This document shows positions 50,201 through 64,000 of a stretch of DNA of 64,000 nucleotides, one piece after another. The translations under genes and the position numbers were made by a program. Numbering within the stretch: position 1 is the stretch's first letter; every line of letters begins with the position of its first letter. Source of the DNA: Squalus acanthias (lineage: Eukaryota); contig CM059425.1 of the NCBI GenBank assembly GCA_030390025.1, forward strand, positions 168,704,001-168,768,000, in the 5' to 3' direction. A model generated the notes under the pieces. It saw nothing but the letters and a program-made list of their open reading frames with translations. It was not told the origin of the DNA and ran no database searches.

Positions 50201-53200
50201 TTACTCCCTCATGGCCTACCTCCTTTCTCTCTCCTGGTCTCGAAGGGAGTGGGGAGGTGGACACCTGCATGAGGATAAAGCGGGGCCCAGGCAGGGGTTT
50301 CGAGGCTTGAAAGTTGGGATATACGTGCAAACGCAGGCAATGACAGCAGCAATGATCATCTTCCCTACTACCATCACCACCACCATCTCCCAGTGAGATA
50401 CTGGAGCATTTTGGCAATTGAAGGATCAGTTCTCAGTTGAGAAGGGAAAAATTGTAACTGAGGTCCCATACAAAAAAAAATGGAGAAAGGGAGAGAGCGT
50501 GTCTGTCATTTGAATTTGGGCCCCATGATACAATATAAAACTGATCTGCATCTCTTGTGCTTTGAAGGTGCTACCTAATCACTGAAATTCATGTAACAAT
50601 CAGTGAAATTTGCAGTAGATTGCACTTGAAAGCTAAACTATTTATATATATTGTACACTGAAGCTAAAAGTTTGTTTTGCATCTTGAGTAATTTTCTGTG
50701 TACAGAAATTGAGGTGTGACTCACTTGAGATTTAACAGAACTAAATACTATGAAATCATTCTATAATAGAATGAATCACTGAACTGCTTATCCTAAGCAT
50801 CTTACAATAAATTATTCTTTTAAAATGTATTGGCTATTCTCAGTTATTCCAACTGGTTAGGTTAGGTTAGCCTGAGTTTTTGGAGTCCAGATTTCAAAGT
50901 GACAATCCTAGCAGTGTTGAGATAAAAAAAGAAAAGTACAAATCCAGTAAATAAAATCGCACTCAAATGCTTGATTTCTTTTTTTTGTCATCAGGGCTCC
51001 TCCTACAACTAACTCCTCATTGCCATAACATTTACTTCTCCTGCACAGTTTGTTCCTATCAACAAATTTTCAAATGATAGAAAGCTTTGATTTTTTTTAA
51101 GTAACTGCACCTTGGTTTTACTTTCAGGTATTTTATGTACTGAATGTAGTACAATTGTTAGTATCAAAATGAAATATCTATAATATATTAATTCCTGTCT
51201 TTGTCACTTGATTCCCTGTTAAGTTTTTTGCACATTTTGTGTTAACTTTTTCACATTATAGTTTCCAGAAACAAGTATCACTGCACTCTCATTCCGTATA
51301 GGCCTGAAAGTCTCTAAACATATTTTAAAAGCATGGAAACCAAAAATAAAAACAGTTTATCAATATATTGAAAATAAAATTATGAACCCTTTCTTCTGAC
51401 ATTTCACCCACTCAGCATGAACAAGTCATTCACCCAGTTCTGAAATCTTAGCACTGTAACTTTCAGATGTATAAACTGCAATTTCCTTTTCATATCAGGT
51501 GCTTAGTTTGTTATTGGGCAACAAAATACCTCTGGCGAGTGAAAGGATTTCATCCCGTAGCCTAGCATATGATTATAAAGTGCCAGTAAATTATTTGAAG
51601 ATTTATTGCGATGCCATATACATTTCTTCCCCTTTGCACGCTCTCCTAAAGGTAGTGATTCATGGTGAGGTACAGTTCTGTAGGTGGCATTGGTTCAGCA
51701 GTATCTCACCCAAATGTGTTAGCCTGGACAATGACTGTCATTGAGTTATTTGACCTTGGGGTCCATCGCACAAAAGCCTAATGATGACCCTGCCCTCAGC
51801 TATGATTCATACACAGAGATGTTGCTGGTAGTAATCAGTCGTGGGTCCCTTGTTTGATTTTTTTTTTTGCCCTCCCTCCATTATCTGGGTATACTAATAT
51901 CATTTACATAGAAATTACAACACAAAAACAGGCTGTCTAGCCCAACCAGTTTATCTTGGTGTTTATTCTGCACGAGCAATAGTCCTAATCCCATGTGCCC
52001 ACCCTATTCCCATATCCTTTTATTCCTCTTTCTTTCAGCCACCTATATAACCTATTCTTAAACGTTAATACCATTTCTACTTCAATCACTAACTCCTATA
52101 GTAAATTCCACAACCTCACAACCCTCTGTGTAAAAAATAAAGTTTCTGCTGTTCTTTGTAATACCCTCTGGTTAAGATTGCCTAACTTGACACAGACCAG
52201 GCTGAACCTAAGATTTTCCTGGTTTGTATAGTTCAGGTAAGCTTAGAAACTTTCTGGATAGCCGCCTATATGATCTGCTAAAAATACCACAGCCAACTTT
52301 CAGGACACATCAGGAGAGTTCAAGTGACTTGACTGATGCCACATTCTAATACAGTGGCATTTAAAAAGCTCCTTCTGGTGTTGAACAGAGTGTGTTTGGT
52401 TTTGATAATGTATAATGTGATAATTTATTGATCAGTTGGTCCTGGTTGAGTGTGCTGGGTAACTTTACATTGGTTGTGAATAAGAGAGGATGGGTTAACA
52501 TGCTGAAGCCTTATATTATCCTCTCCGTTAGAATCATTTTATGGTTCAAATACAAAGTGCTGCCAAAGGTACTACACATAACTGAGCAATTATCATGGGG
52601 TATACCCAGAGTACTTGGCTTAGGCCCAATATGTCCAAGTTCTGTTCTCAACAATAAATATTTAACATGAAAACCTGAGGTAGTGTACATTTGAAAAATG
52701 AGGATGAGCTTTTTTCCTGAATGCTAACAATGAGCAGAAGACAAGAAAGGCTGTAACACAAATACAGTTTTGATAATTCTCTAAGAATATCAAGACAAAA
52801 AAAATCATTAAAGTAAATTTCAAGCAAAAGTCTACAAAATTATTCACTGGTCAGATGCTCTTGCACATCCTTTCCTCTCTGTGTCTGGCAAGTAGTGTGC
52901 CTTTGCACTCAGATTCACTATGGTAGAATGACGAGTAGTTTTTCAGCAACTGCTATCATGTTTGCTGCATCTCTCCATGAGCCCCACTAAAAGAAAATTG
53001 TGATAAATAGGGGCTGATAATCCTCCCTGGGGAGGGACCACATCCTGACGTAAGTGCTGCTGGTGACCTCCCGGCATAGATTCTGGCAGAGTTTGCGGGG
53101 TCACCTATTTTACATGGTGCTACCAACTCCAACATGCTGGAAAAGTGGCCCTGGCACCTCCTCTCCTTTCACAGGGGACAACCTTTGCCACATTTTGCAG

Positions 53201-53775
53201 CCTCCCTCGGCTGGCTTCCGCCCCTAGTACCACAGACACCTGCCATGGTTATTAAAATGAAGGAAACTCTTCCTGACCCTGCATGCTCTGGAGATTCCCA
53301 GTATGCACATCCCGGCACTTATGTCGAGATGTTGCCCCTGCGGATTTCTGGGGCCATTGCCAGAATGGTAATGAGAAATCCTAAATATGAGCAAACAACA
53401 TTGTAATTAGACATATTTTAGGCACTGATGGAAATTGTTAACTTTCATTGATTCACTTTTGACAAATGCCAGGTAGCTGCCACAAAACAATAACCAGACT
53501 CAGTAATTCAGCCATCAGTATTTCTTATATTGAATAAATGCTACTGGCTTTGAATTGCTAAAGGACTTCACAAAGTAACAGCTTATTTTGATTACTGCAT
53601 CACAGATTCACCATGTTCCCAATGTTTAAAACAAATACTAATGTGTTTTTCATATGTGATAATGAAATGCAAACAATTGCATCTGTATGCCAAATGTAAA
53701 TACTGATGTATTAATTTATGTAAAAATAAAGTAATATTTATTTATTGCTAATGACTTTTCCTTTCCAACTTGTAG

Positions 53776-53905
53776 TCTCTCACTTGGAAGAAGCAATTGA
53801 CTGGCCTGGAGGGAAACTAAAGCTGGGCCAAGTTTCTGGAGTTGCTCTGGATTCCAAAGATAACCTCATCATTTTTCACAGAGGAAACCATGTGTGGGAT
53901 GAGAA
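53776..53905 (+). CDS. PAM: PAM coding exon (first PAL lyase exon), SHLEEAIDWPGGKLKLGQVSGVALDSKDNLIIFHRGNHVWDE
   Basis: ccaacttgtAG and GTacgt sites, 130 nt, phase 1-2. Matches 'DWPGVYLLPGQVSGVALDSKNNLVIFHRGDHVWD'. I found no further PAL exon before the window ends. Confidence 0.96.
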
Positions 53906-54068
53906 GTACGTGAGTTGGCCTTGCACAGTTACTCTGTAATTTAATATTTTGGTGTGCAGTGAATTCTCTTATCTGCTATAATACATTTTAAGAGCAATCC
54001 AATGCTGGAGATGTGAAGAAAAATGTATTCTATAGAGTGTTGCGATTTTAATGCAACCTTCTTGTTTT

Positions 54069-54497
54069 AATAGAATCATACAGCACAGAAGGAGGCCATT
54101 CAGTCCATCATGCTTGTGCCGGTTCTTTGAAAGAGCTAGCCAATTAGTCTCACTCCCCTGCTCTTTCCCCATCACCCCGCACATTTCTCCTTTTCAAGTA
54201 AAGATCAAATTCCCATTTACTATTGAATCTGCTTCCACCACCCTTTCTGGCAGTGCATTTCAGATCATAACTTGCTGCGTTAAAAAATTTCTCCTCCTCT
54301 CCCCTCTGGTTCTTTTGCCAATTTCCTGACATCTGTGTACTCTGGTTACTGACCCTCCTGCCAGTGGAAACAGTTCCTCCTTATCTACTCTATCAAAACC
54401 CCTCATAATTTTGAACACCTTTATTAAATCTCCCCTTAACTTCTCTGCTCTAAGGAGAACAATCCCAGCTTCTCTAGTCTCTCCACATAACTGAAGT
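54069..54497 (-). mobile_element. CR1 3' fragment
   Basis: Homologous to 26852-27260. Confidence 0.85.
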
Positions 54498-55104
54498 TAT
54501 GTTGGCATTCTGTTGAATAGTGTTGTTGGTTACAGTTACACAATTTGGAGGGTAAGATTTCTACTGTTCATTATTTATAGGGAAATCACAATCAAGTTCT
54601 TTATACTCACATTCACAATTTCACTACAAATAGCGAACAGAAGAAATCTTCCTCTTCCCCCTTGTGATTTTTAAATAAAACAAGTACATTTAAAAGGACA
54701 ACGGGAAGGTGCCGGTGGCTCAGTGGTAACATTCTCGACTACACCAGGGTTATGATGTAACTCTATGTCCCTACTTTCAGAAGTGATAAAGTAAGCAGAT
54801 TTATATTTGGACCGATAATTGATTTCCCTGGTGAAATAGCAGGGTGAGCATTATTTATGAAATATAATTTAACAGGAATGAAAAGTAAACTGTTGTATTA
54901 TTAGTCCCATATTAACACAATTTGAGGAACAGGTCTTAAATCCCAATTATTTGAGGTGCTGCTGTAACCAGAGACAGTAAAAACGATAATTAAATTTGGC
55001 GACTATACAAATATCCTCCCACAAAGATGCACAAATTAACAGTCAGGAATAATATAGTTTAGGTGCATTATTAGTTTATTTTTGGAAATTATTCTAAATT
55101 GTGT

Positions 55105-55458
55105 CAGCCTTGGCTCAGTGGTAACACTCTCGTCTCTGAATCAGAAGGTTGTGGGTTCAAGCCCCACTCCAAAGATTTGAGCACATTATCTAGGCTGGCA
55201 CTTCAATCCAAAGCCCCGTCTGCCTGCTCGGGTGGACGTAAAAGATCCCATGGCGCTATTCGAAGATAAGTGAGGGATTGCTCTCCGGTTCCTGGCCAAC
55301 ATTTATCCCTCAACCAATACCTAAAACAGGTCATTTATTTCATTGCTGTTTTAGGGACCTTGCTTTGCACAATTTGGCTGCTGCGCTTCCGACATTACGA
55401 CAGTGAACACACTCATTGGCTGCAAAGCACTTTGGGAGGTCCTGAGGTTGTGAAAGGA
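55105..55458 (+). mobile_element. Deu-domain tRNA-derived SINE (SacSINE1/AmnSINE-like)
   Basis: A-box tggctcagtgg, B-box gggttcaagcc, Deu core ggtggacgtaaaagatcccatggcgctattcgaag...cctggccaacatttatccctcaacc. Family name recalled, not searched. Confidence 0.8.
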
Positions 55459-57130
55459 TCATAGGAAGAGGAGAAGGCCATTCAATTATACCATGGCTGA
55501 TCTGTATCTTAACTCCATTTAACCACCTTGGTTCCACATCCCTTAATGCCCTTACTTAACAAAAATCTATCAATCTCAGTTTTGAAACTGAGGCACCATA
55601 GAAATGCATGTTCTTTCTTGAAATTAATTTAAATGCAAAAATTCAAAATAAGATTTGTAAGTTTGAAAAAGACCCAGCTATTTTATTTAAGGGTTGATAT
55701 TTGCAAGCTTTATAATTTTATTCAGTGTTCTTGCAGACTTTTTATTTAGGCAGTATGTTGTAGAATTTGAAGTGAGATGTTGGATAATACTATGAACCAG
55801 TGTTGAAAATGTTCCTGACTGGTCAGTAGTCTGGTTCCCATTTACCCCCTCAGGTTTTCCAAAATATTTATTGTGGATCTAACTTGATGGATCCCAACTG
55901 AGAGTGATTTCCTCTCTGGCTGTGCTTAAATGTCAATCTTATTAAAATGGTGATGGCCAGGGGTGATAATTTTGAATTAAAATGTTGTGGATCCTTGTGG
56001 CCTTCATAAATCCTTGAATGCAGCGATCTTGTCCCCAACTATTCATCAAGGTGCCATTTTGTCTGCTGTGCCCAGCCTCTTGGGGTGCTATGTATGTTAT
56101 TGATGCAGTGTGCTGAGCTGGACTACAATTCTTATTATGCACTGATATTCATCTCTGATTTCTATTATTGCAAGATTAGAATTGGTTTTGTTCCAGCTTA
56201 AAGGACATTATAATAGGAATCCTCACTCAACATTCATCTTCTAAGAAATATAAAGGTGGAAATAGTGCCACTGGCAACACAGAGCACAAACTCAAAAGGC
56301 GGTTTCTCCCTATGCCCCTAGCAGTATCAGAAACTATGTAAAGGAATATGGGTCACCCTGTTGTTCTGATTGTGGCAGGCTGAGCTTTTAGTCTGCCCAT
56401 ACAGGCCAGCATAGCAGTATTTGTATTGCTGTTTTGTATAGACCTTCCCCTGGCAACCAGTCAGAAACATCATGATTATGACTTTTTAACAACTGCAGAT
56501 GAGTAACCTTGTGCATATACAGTTGGCAATCATCAGGCAGTAGCAGTCAGCACGGTTAGGGCTTTAAATGTATTTTGAATTGTGTCTTTGGTTAAGTACC
56601 TTTTTGGCTCGCCAACACCAGTGACAGAGATAAAGGAAATACAATTAACTTGCCCAAGGGAGTAGTGAGGGAAGGATTCTAACTTTGCCTATCACAATAA
56701 TTAAATAAATATTTATAAGTAACACTCTTATCGGCATATATCTGTGCTAAATAAAAAATACATAATCTGCTTTAGATCACTTATTGATTAAATAGGGAGA
56801 AATCCAAGTACTACTAAAAGATATCAAGATACACTGGTAATAATAGATTTTGACATCATACTTTAGGAAAAGTCTGCACCAGCGAATAAGAATGTGGTAC
56901 TCGACATAAATCGCATTTAAAAGTTGAGGGCAAATATGCAAGGTTACCACCTGCAGCACTTGCACATTGGTAAGTGTAACTTTAGAGACAGATCCAATTT
57001 TATGTTCCTTCACCATTTTAAACCCTCTAATGAGGCACACTTAGCACAGTTAGAAATAACTATTATGCTGCCATCTTAATGTGCTAATTAATAACACAAT
57101 GATTGAAGCAAGTTCGTTGTGAGCATTTGT

Positions 57131-59212
57131 AACATAGAAGCATAGAAGATAGGAGCAGGAGTAGGCCATTCAGCCCCTCAAGCCTGCTCCGCCATTTAAT
57201 GAGATCATGGCTGATCATCCAAATTCAGTACCCTGTCCCTGCTTTCTCCCCATATCCCTTGATCCCTTTAGCCTTAAGAAATATATCTATCTCCTTCTTG
57301 AATATATTTAATGAATTGGCCTCAACTGCCTTCTGTGGTAGAGAATTCCACAGGTTCACCACTCTCTGGGTGAAGAAATTCCTCCTCATCTCAGTCCTAA
57401 ATGGCTTACCCCTTATCCTTAGACTGTGACCTCTGGTTCTGGACTCCCCGACCATCGGGAACATCCTTCCTGCATCTAGTCTGTCTAGTCCTGTTAGAAT
57501 TTTATAAGTTTCAATGAGATCCCCTCTCATTCTTCTAAACTCTAGCGAATATAAGCCTAATCGACCCAATCTCTCTTCATACGTCATTCCTGCCATCCCA
57601 GGTATCAGTCTGGTAAATCTTCGCTGCACTCCCTCCATGGCAAGAACATCCTTCCTCAGATAAGGCGACCAAAACTGCACACAATACTCAAGGTGTGGTC
57701 TCACCAAGGCCTTGTACAACTGCAGCAAGACATCCTTGCTCCTGTACTTGAATCCTCTCGCTATGAAGGCCAACATACCATTTGCCTTCTTAACCGCCTG
57801 CTGCACCTGCATACTTACCTTCAGCGACTGGTGCACAAGGACTCCCAGATCTCGTTGCACTTCCCCTTTTCCCAATCTATTGCCGTTCAGATAATAATCT
57901 GTCTTCCTGTTTTTGCCACCAAAGTGGATAACCTCGCATTTATCCACATTATACTGCATCTGCCCAATCACCCAACCTGTCCAAATCATACTGGAGTTTC
58001 TCTGCATCCTCCTCACAGCACACACGCCCACCCAGCTTTGTGTCGTCCGCAAACTTGGAGATATTACATCTAGTTCCCTCGTCTAGATCATTAATATATA
58101 TTGTGAATAGCTGGGGTCCTAGCACCGATCCCTGCGGTACCCCACTAGTCACTGCCTGCCACTCGGAAAAAGACACGTTTATTCCAACTCTTTGCTTCCT
58201 GTCTGCCAACCAGTTCTCTATCCAAATCAGTACCTTACCCCCAATCCCATGTGCTTTAACTTTGCACGCTAATCTCTTATTCGGGACCTTATCGAAAGCC
58301 TACTGAATGTCCAAATACACCACATCCACTGGTTCTCCCTTATCTATTCTACCAGTTACATCCTCAAAAAATTCCAGTGGATTAGTCAGGCATGATTTAC
58401 CTTTTGTAAATCCATGTTGACTTTGTCCGATCCTGTCACTGTTTTCCAAGTGCTCTGCTATTACATCTTTCATAATGGACTCTAGCATTTTCCCCACTAC
58501 CAATGTCAGGCTTACCGGTCTATAATTCCCCGTTTTTTCTCTACCACCTTTTTTAAATAGTGGGGTTACATTAGCTACCCTCTAATCCATGGGAACTGTT
58601 CCAGAGTCTATAGAATTTTGAAAGATGACCAGCAATGCATCTACTATTTCTAGGGCCACTTCCTTAAGTACCCAAGGATGTAGATTATCAGGCCCTGGGG
58701 ATTTATCGGTCTTCAATCCCGTCAATTTCCCTAACACCATTTCCCTACAAATACTGATTTAATTCAATTCCTCCCTCTCATTAGACCCTATGTTCTCCGA
58801 CATCTCTGGGAGTTTATTTGTGTCCTCCTTTGTGAAGACAGAACCAAAGTATGTATTTAATTGGTCTGCCATTTCTTTGTTCCCCATTAGAAATTCCCCT
58901 GATTCTGACTGCAAGGGACCTACGCCAATCACCAATCTTTTTCTCTTCACATATCTATAGAAGCTTTTACAGTCAGTTTTTATGTTCCCTGCAAGCTTAA
59001 TCTCATTCTATTTTCCCCCTCTTAATTAATCCCTTTGTCCTCCTTTGCTGAATCCTAAACTGCTCCCAATCCTCAGGTTTGCTGCTTTTTCTGGCCAATT
59101 TATATGCCCTCTCCTTGGATCTTATGCTATCCCTAATTTCCCTTGTTAGCCACGGTTGAGTCACCTTTTTTGTTTTATTTTTATGCCAAACAGGGATGAA
59201 CAAATTCTGTAG
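57131..59212 (-). mobile_element. 5'-truncated CR1 LINE
   Basis: ORFs 59003-59203, 58759-58950, 58300-58503, 57949-58209 and 57225-58052 tile the tether, RT and C-terminus with frameshifts. Confidence 0.92.
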
Positions 59213-59804
59213 ACCATAGACACAGTGAAGTAATTTCAGACATATAGGCCCAATATTAATAGGGAAGCAGGGAGGGAGCTAGTGGCATAGGCAAGGCCAG
59301 AAACTTAAAAAAAATTTAAATAACCTGCTGTAGACTCCCGCCCGACAGCCAGCCAAAGTGACAGCCTGACTTGGGGGGGTGGGGTGGGAGCACAAGCAAG
59401 CTGCAAGTTGGCCACAGTCGGGGACCTATGGAGGCGTGGGATCTGGCCGCAATCAGCGGGGGCGGGGTGCAAGAGGGAGTCTTGCTGCGATCGGGGGAGG
59501 GGGTAGCCCGGTGCAATGGGGCCCAAGGCTTCCGTGTGAGGCCTGGAGGACCCCTCCGGACTCGCAAGGAAACCGGAAAAATAATTTAATATTTAACTTC
59601 TGGGCCTCTCCTGGCCCAGGATCCAGCTCCCAGCAGGTTTTACCTGACGGGGGAGCCGACACTCCCACCCCACCCACTAAAGACTCTGGTTGAAATTGCA
59701 GGTTGTATGTCCTAAAGACATCATCAGACCTGATCTGCATATTTAAAACAGGACTCCACTTTGGTTTTGGGTGTCCTAGTACAAGAAACACAGAGTTAGC
59801 ATGC

Positions 59805-61462
59805 ATATCGGCCTACTCCCGAGGTCCCCACCATCACAGAAGCCAGTCTTCAGCCAATTCGATTCACTCCACATGATATCAAGAAACGGCTGAGCGCACT
59901 GGATACAGCAAAGGCTATGGGCTCCGACAACATCCCAGCTATCGTGCTGAAGACTTGTGCTCCAGACCTAGCCGCGCCTCTAGCCAAGCTGTTCCAGTAC
60001 AGCTACAACATTGGCATCTATCCGACAATGTGGAAAACTGCCCAGGTATGTCCTGTCCACAAAAAGCAGGACAAATCCAATCCGGCCAATTACCGCCCCA
60101 TCAGTCTACTCTCAATCATCAGCAAAGTGATGGAAGGTGTCATCAACAGTGCTATCAAGCGGCAGTTACTCACCAATAACCTACTCACTGATGCCCAGTT
60201 TGGGTTCCGCCAAGACCACTTGGCTCCCGACCTCATTACAGCCTTGGTCTAAACATGGACAAAGGAGCTGAATTCCAGAGGTGAGGTGAGAGTGACTGCC
60301 CTTGACATCAAGGCAGCATTTGACCGAGTGTGACATTAAGGAGCCCTAGTAAAACTGAAATGGGAATCGGGGGGAAAACGCTCCACTGGCTGGAGTCATA
60401 CCTAACACAAAGGAAGATGGTTGTGGTGGTTGAAGTTCAATCATCACAGCCCCAGGACATCACTGCAGGAGTTCCTCGGGGCAGTGTCCTAGGTCCAACC
60501 ATCTTCAGCTGCTTCATCAATGACCTTCCCTCCAACATAAGGTCAGAAATGGGGATGTTCGCTGATGAATGCAGAGTGTTCAGCGCCATTCACAACTCCT
60601 CAGATAATGAAGCAGTCCATGCCCGCATGCAACAAGACCTGGATGACGTTCAGGCTTGGGCTGATAAGTGGCAGGTAACATTCTCACCACAGAAGTGCCA
60701 GGCAATGACTATCTCCAACAAGTGAGTGTCTAACCACCTCCCCTTGACATTCAGCGGCATTACCATCACCTAATCCCCCCACCATCAACACCCTGGGGGG
60801 GTCACCATTGACCAGAAACTTAACTGGACCAGCCACATAAATACTGTGGCAACAAGAGCAGGTCAGAGGCTAGGTATTCTGCGGCGAGTGTCTCGCTTCC
60901 TGATTCCCCAAAGCCTTTCCACCATCTACAAGGCACAAGTAAGGAGTGTGATGGAATACTCTCCACTTGCCTGGATGAGTGCAGCTCCAACAACAGTCAA
61001 GAAGCTTGACACCATCCAGGACAAAGCAGCCCGTTTGATTGGCATCCCATCCACCACCTTAAACATTCACTCCCTCCACCACCGGCGTACCTTGGCTGCA
61101 GTGTGTGCCATCTACAAGATGCACTGCAGCAACTCGCCAAGGCTTCTTCGACAGCACCTCCCAAACCCACGACCTCTTCCACCTAGAAGGACAAGGGCAG
61201 TAGGCGCATGGGAACACCACCACCTCCAAGTTCCCCTGTAAGTCGCACACCATCCTGACTTAGAAGTATATCGCCAATCCTTCATCGTCGCTGGGTCAAA
61301 ATCGTGGAACTCCTTCCATAACAGCACTGTGGGAGTACCTTCACCACACAGACTGCAGCGGTTCAAGGCGGCGGCTCACCACCACCTTCTCAAGGGCAAC
61401 TAGGGATGGGCAATAAATGCTGGCCTTGCTATCGACGCCCAGATCCCATAAGCGAATAAAAA
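59805..61462 (+). mobile_element. 5'-truncated copy of the second CR1/L2-group LINE family
   Basis: ORFs 59917-60252, 60330-60725 and 60846-61241; 3' end tagggatgggcaataaatgctggcc...aataaaaaa. Confidence 0.9.
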
Positions 61463-61463
61463 A

Positions 61464-62075
61464 TACAGCAAGCAATTAGGAAGGCAAATGGCATGTTGGT
61501 TTAAGTACAAGAGTAAGGAAGTCTTGCTACAATTGTACAGGACTCAGGTGAGACCACACCTGGAGTACTGTGCACAGTTGCCTTAGAGGCAGTGCAACGA
61601 AGGTTCACTAGATTGATCCCTGGGATGTGAGGGTTATACTATGAGGAGAGATTGTGTAGAATGGGCCTATACTCTCTGCAGTTTCGAAGAATGAGAGGTG
61701 ATCTCATTGAAACATAAGATTCTGAGGGAGATTGACAGGGTAGATGCTGAGAGGTTGTTTCCCCTGGCTGGAGAATCTAGAACTAGGGGGCATAGTCTCA
61801 GGATAAGGGGCCGGCCTTTTAAGACTGAGATGAGGAGGAATTTCTTCACTCAGAGGGTTGTGAATCTTCGGAATTCTCTGCCCCAAAGTGCTGTGGATGC
61901 TCAGTCGTTGAGTATATTCAAGGCTGAGATAGATAGATTTTTGGACTCCAGAGGAATTAAGGGATTTGGGGATAGGGCAGGAAAATGGAGTTGAGGTCGA
62001 AGATCAGCCATGGTTCTATTGAATGGCGGAGCAGGCTCAAGGGGCCGTATGGCCTATTCCTGTTCCTAGTTCTTA
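61464..62075 (+). mobile_element. CR1 3' fragment with internal deletions
   Basis: RPHLEYC remnant, ESRTRGHSLRIRGRPFKTEMRRNFFTQRVVNL, CR1 tail. Confidence 0.85.
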
Positions 62076-62076
62076 T

Positions 62077-62775
62077 GGGGGTGAAAAATTTGGGGCGATA
62101 ACTTTTAAAAGTTTGAAAAATAAGCGCCAGACGCTATGTTTTTCTAACTTTTAAAAATTTGGTTTTCTCGCTCCAAGAGGGAGGTGGAGCACTAATTCAA
62201 GCGCTCCACTTCCATCTTGGAGCGCGGCCGGCAGCAGGAGGGGCGGTGAGTTCTGCACATTGGGCCGTGCAGCGCTGCCGCGTTGGAAGGCTCCTTCCCT
62301 CAGAGAAAGGCCATCGCTGCAGGCTCTGCAAAAGAAAGGGCACCTACCTGGACCACCAAGGGAGCTGCGAATCCGCGTGATCAGCCCAGCACTCAGAGTG
62401 CCATGCTGATCAATCGCGGGCAGGAACCCGCAAAAAAAAATCAAAAAAGGTACTCTTTTTTACTTAACTCCGCCACCTCACCTTTAAGCATCACCCCCGA
62501 AGCGGTCGGTCGCCCGATGCACGTCCCCTGAAGCTGGCGTTGTTTTCGCCCGGTGATGCTTCAGGGGGCGGAAATGAATTTCGGGTCCAGGGCGCTACCG
62601 GGGCGATGCATGGCTGGATGACGTCACGATCTCCGGCTGCAGGCGGGCGTGGCGATGAGGGTTACTGCTGCCGCAAACCGGCAGGTGAATTTCACGGGTG
62701 GCAAGACCTTAGCGCCCCGTTATTGCCCCCCGCAGGTGTTAACGGGAGGCGCTAAGGCACCGAATTTCTAGCCCC
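62077..62775. mobile_element. GC/CpG-rich MITE-like element
   Basis: ggggtgaaaaatt ... gaatttctagcccc ends resemble the other GGG(C)-capped MITEs. Confidence 0.5.
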
Positions 62776-63049
62776 ATGTTCCTTCCTGTGGGTGTCCTGC
62801 CCGCCTGCTCAAAAGAGCAGGTTAATATGGGGACACTGCGGGAAGGAAGTGGGATCGGACCGGGTATGTAACTCCCATTATTTTAACTGCCACCATCCAG
62901 CCCAATTAAAATCGGGGCCATAGTTCTTGATCCCTGAAGCAAAGTTTCTGGATATTCCAGCATTGTGAAGAAATACTAAAGAACACGCCGTCGATAAATA
63001 GTTAAATGCACGTATACCATATTCAGATAACTGCTCTGCAGAGGTGGAA

Positions 63050-64000
63050 GTAGGCTGTCTTTGTGATGGGGAGGATATGAGGTCAGAAGCTCGGTTTGGG
63101 GTCATAGAGGATGTAACGTTGTGAACACGCAGTTTCAACCTGGGACAGTGGCCGGGGAGGGGAATGGAATCAGTAGTGAGGTTAGAGTTTGTGGCAGGGA
63201 CCAAAGACAATGGTTTCGATCTTCCCAGTGTTTAACTGGAGGAAGTTGTAGTTCATCCAGGACGGGATGTCGGACAAGCAGGCTGACAACACAGAGGCAG
63301 AGGAGAGTTCGAGAGAGGTGGTGGAGATGTAAAGCTGGGTGGTGTTGGTGTATATGTGGAACCTGACGTCACATCTTTGGGTGATGTTGCTGAGTGGCAG
63401 CATATGGATGAGGAAGTGGAGGGGGCCAAAGATAGATCCTTGTGGGAGTCGAGAAGTAACTGTTAGCAACTCTGCTGACCAGTTCTCTCTGATCTTCAGC
63501 TCAGATTCAAACCCCACATTCTATCCATTACCAAGAACCCTTGCTTTCACCTCCGCAACATTGCTTGCCGACCTCAATCCTCCTCTGCACTAAAACTTAT
63601 ACATGATTTTGTCACCTCCAGACTCAACTATACCAATACCCTCCTTGCTGGCCTTCCATCCTCCACCCTCCATCAATTCCAACTTGTTCAAAACTCTAGT
63701 GCACATATCCTGGCCTCCTTATGTCATACTTGCCTATCATCCCGACCTCACTGACCGACTTTGGCTCCATGTTCACTAATCCACTCAATTCAAAATCCTT
63801 GTCTTAGTTTTAAATCCCACCATGACTTTGCCTCCCCTCCGGATCCAACCTCATATCCTCTCCATCACCAAGACCGCCTACTTCCACCCACCTGCTGCCA
63901 AAAGCCTCATCCATGGTTTTGTTACCTCCAGACTGGACCATTCCAATGCCCTCCCGGCCAGCCTCCCATCTTCAACCTTCGTAAACTTGAGATCATCCAA
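63050..64000. mobile_element. Cluster of decayed L2 LINE RT fragments (minus about 63050-63460, plus about 63500-64000)
   Basis: LPQGSIFGPLHFLIHMLPL...HIYTNTTQLYIS (decayed YADDTQLY), WMNYNFLQLNTGK, and FVTSRLDHSNALPA remnants. Confidence 0.75.

Noticed and set aside
62077..62775. CpG island or internal promoter (also 8927-9690 and 59246-59800)
   Set aside because: The CpG richness coincides with MITE-like boundaries and is better explained by young repeats.
54500..64000. Next PAL exon (expected SFD..FVYQQ..LGPIEE-like)
   Set aside because: I found no matching spliceable frame by eye; it is probably beyond the window, though a diverged exon could have been missed.

Overview
Eukaryotic genomic DNA, most likely from a cartilaginous fish (inferred from the Deu-domain SINE, CR1, Penelope and Harbinger-MITE repeat content, not from a database search). 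The whole window lies inside the + strand PAM gene (peptidylglycine alpha-amidating monooxygenase). I read eight GT-AG coding exons by hand (133-200, 6423-6503, 12409-12485, 15318-15421, 28948-29129, 33853-33924, 46917-47231, 53776-53905). They total 1029 nt, their phases are all compatible, and they cover the CuM half of PHM, the 315-nt linker 'exon A' and the first PAL exon. Nearly all long ORFs in the supplied track are decayed LINE reverse transcriptases or their antisense shadows. The introns hold about 11 CR1 copies, three copies of a second CR1/L2-group LINE, L2 fragments, Deu-domain SINEs, Penelope fragments, PIF/Harbinger-like MITEs with transposase and Myb/SANT remnants, and a small hAT MITE. 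The most interesting signals are: (1) a 180-bp fold-back Penelope insertion with an intact minimal hammerhead ribozyme motif on each strand; (2) a near full-length LINE with a tRNA-like Pol III head and no ORF1; (3) exon A with a distant branch point and a short read-through to a stop codon; (4) MITE hairpins whose structure is kept while the sequence has changed. I cannot claim a wholly new biological system from the sequence alone. Repeat boundaries are approximate.
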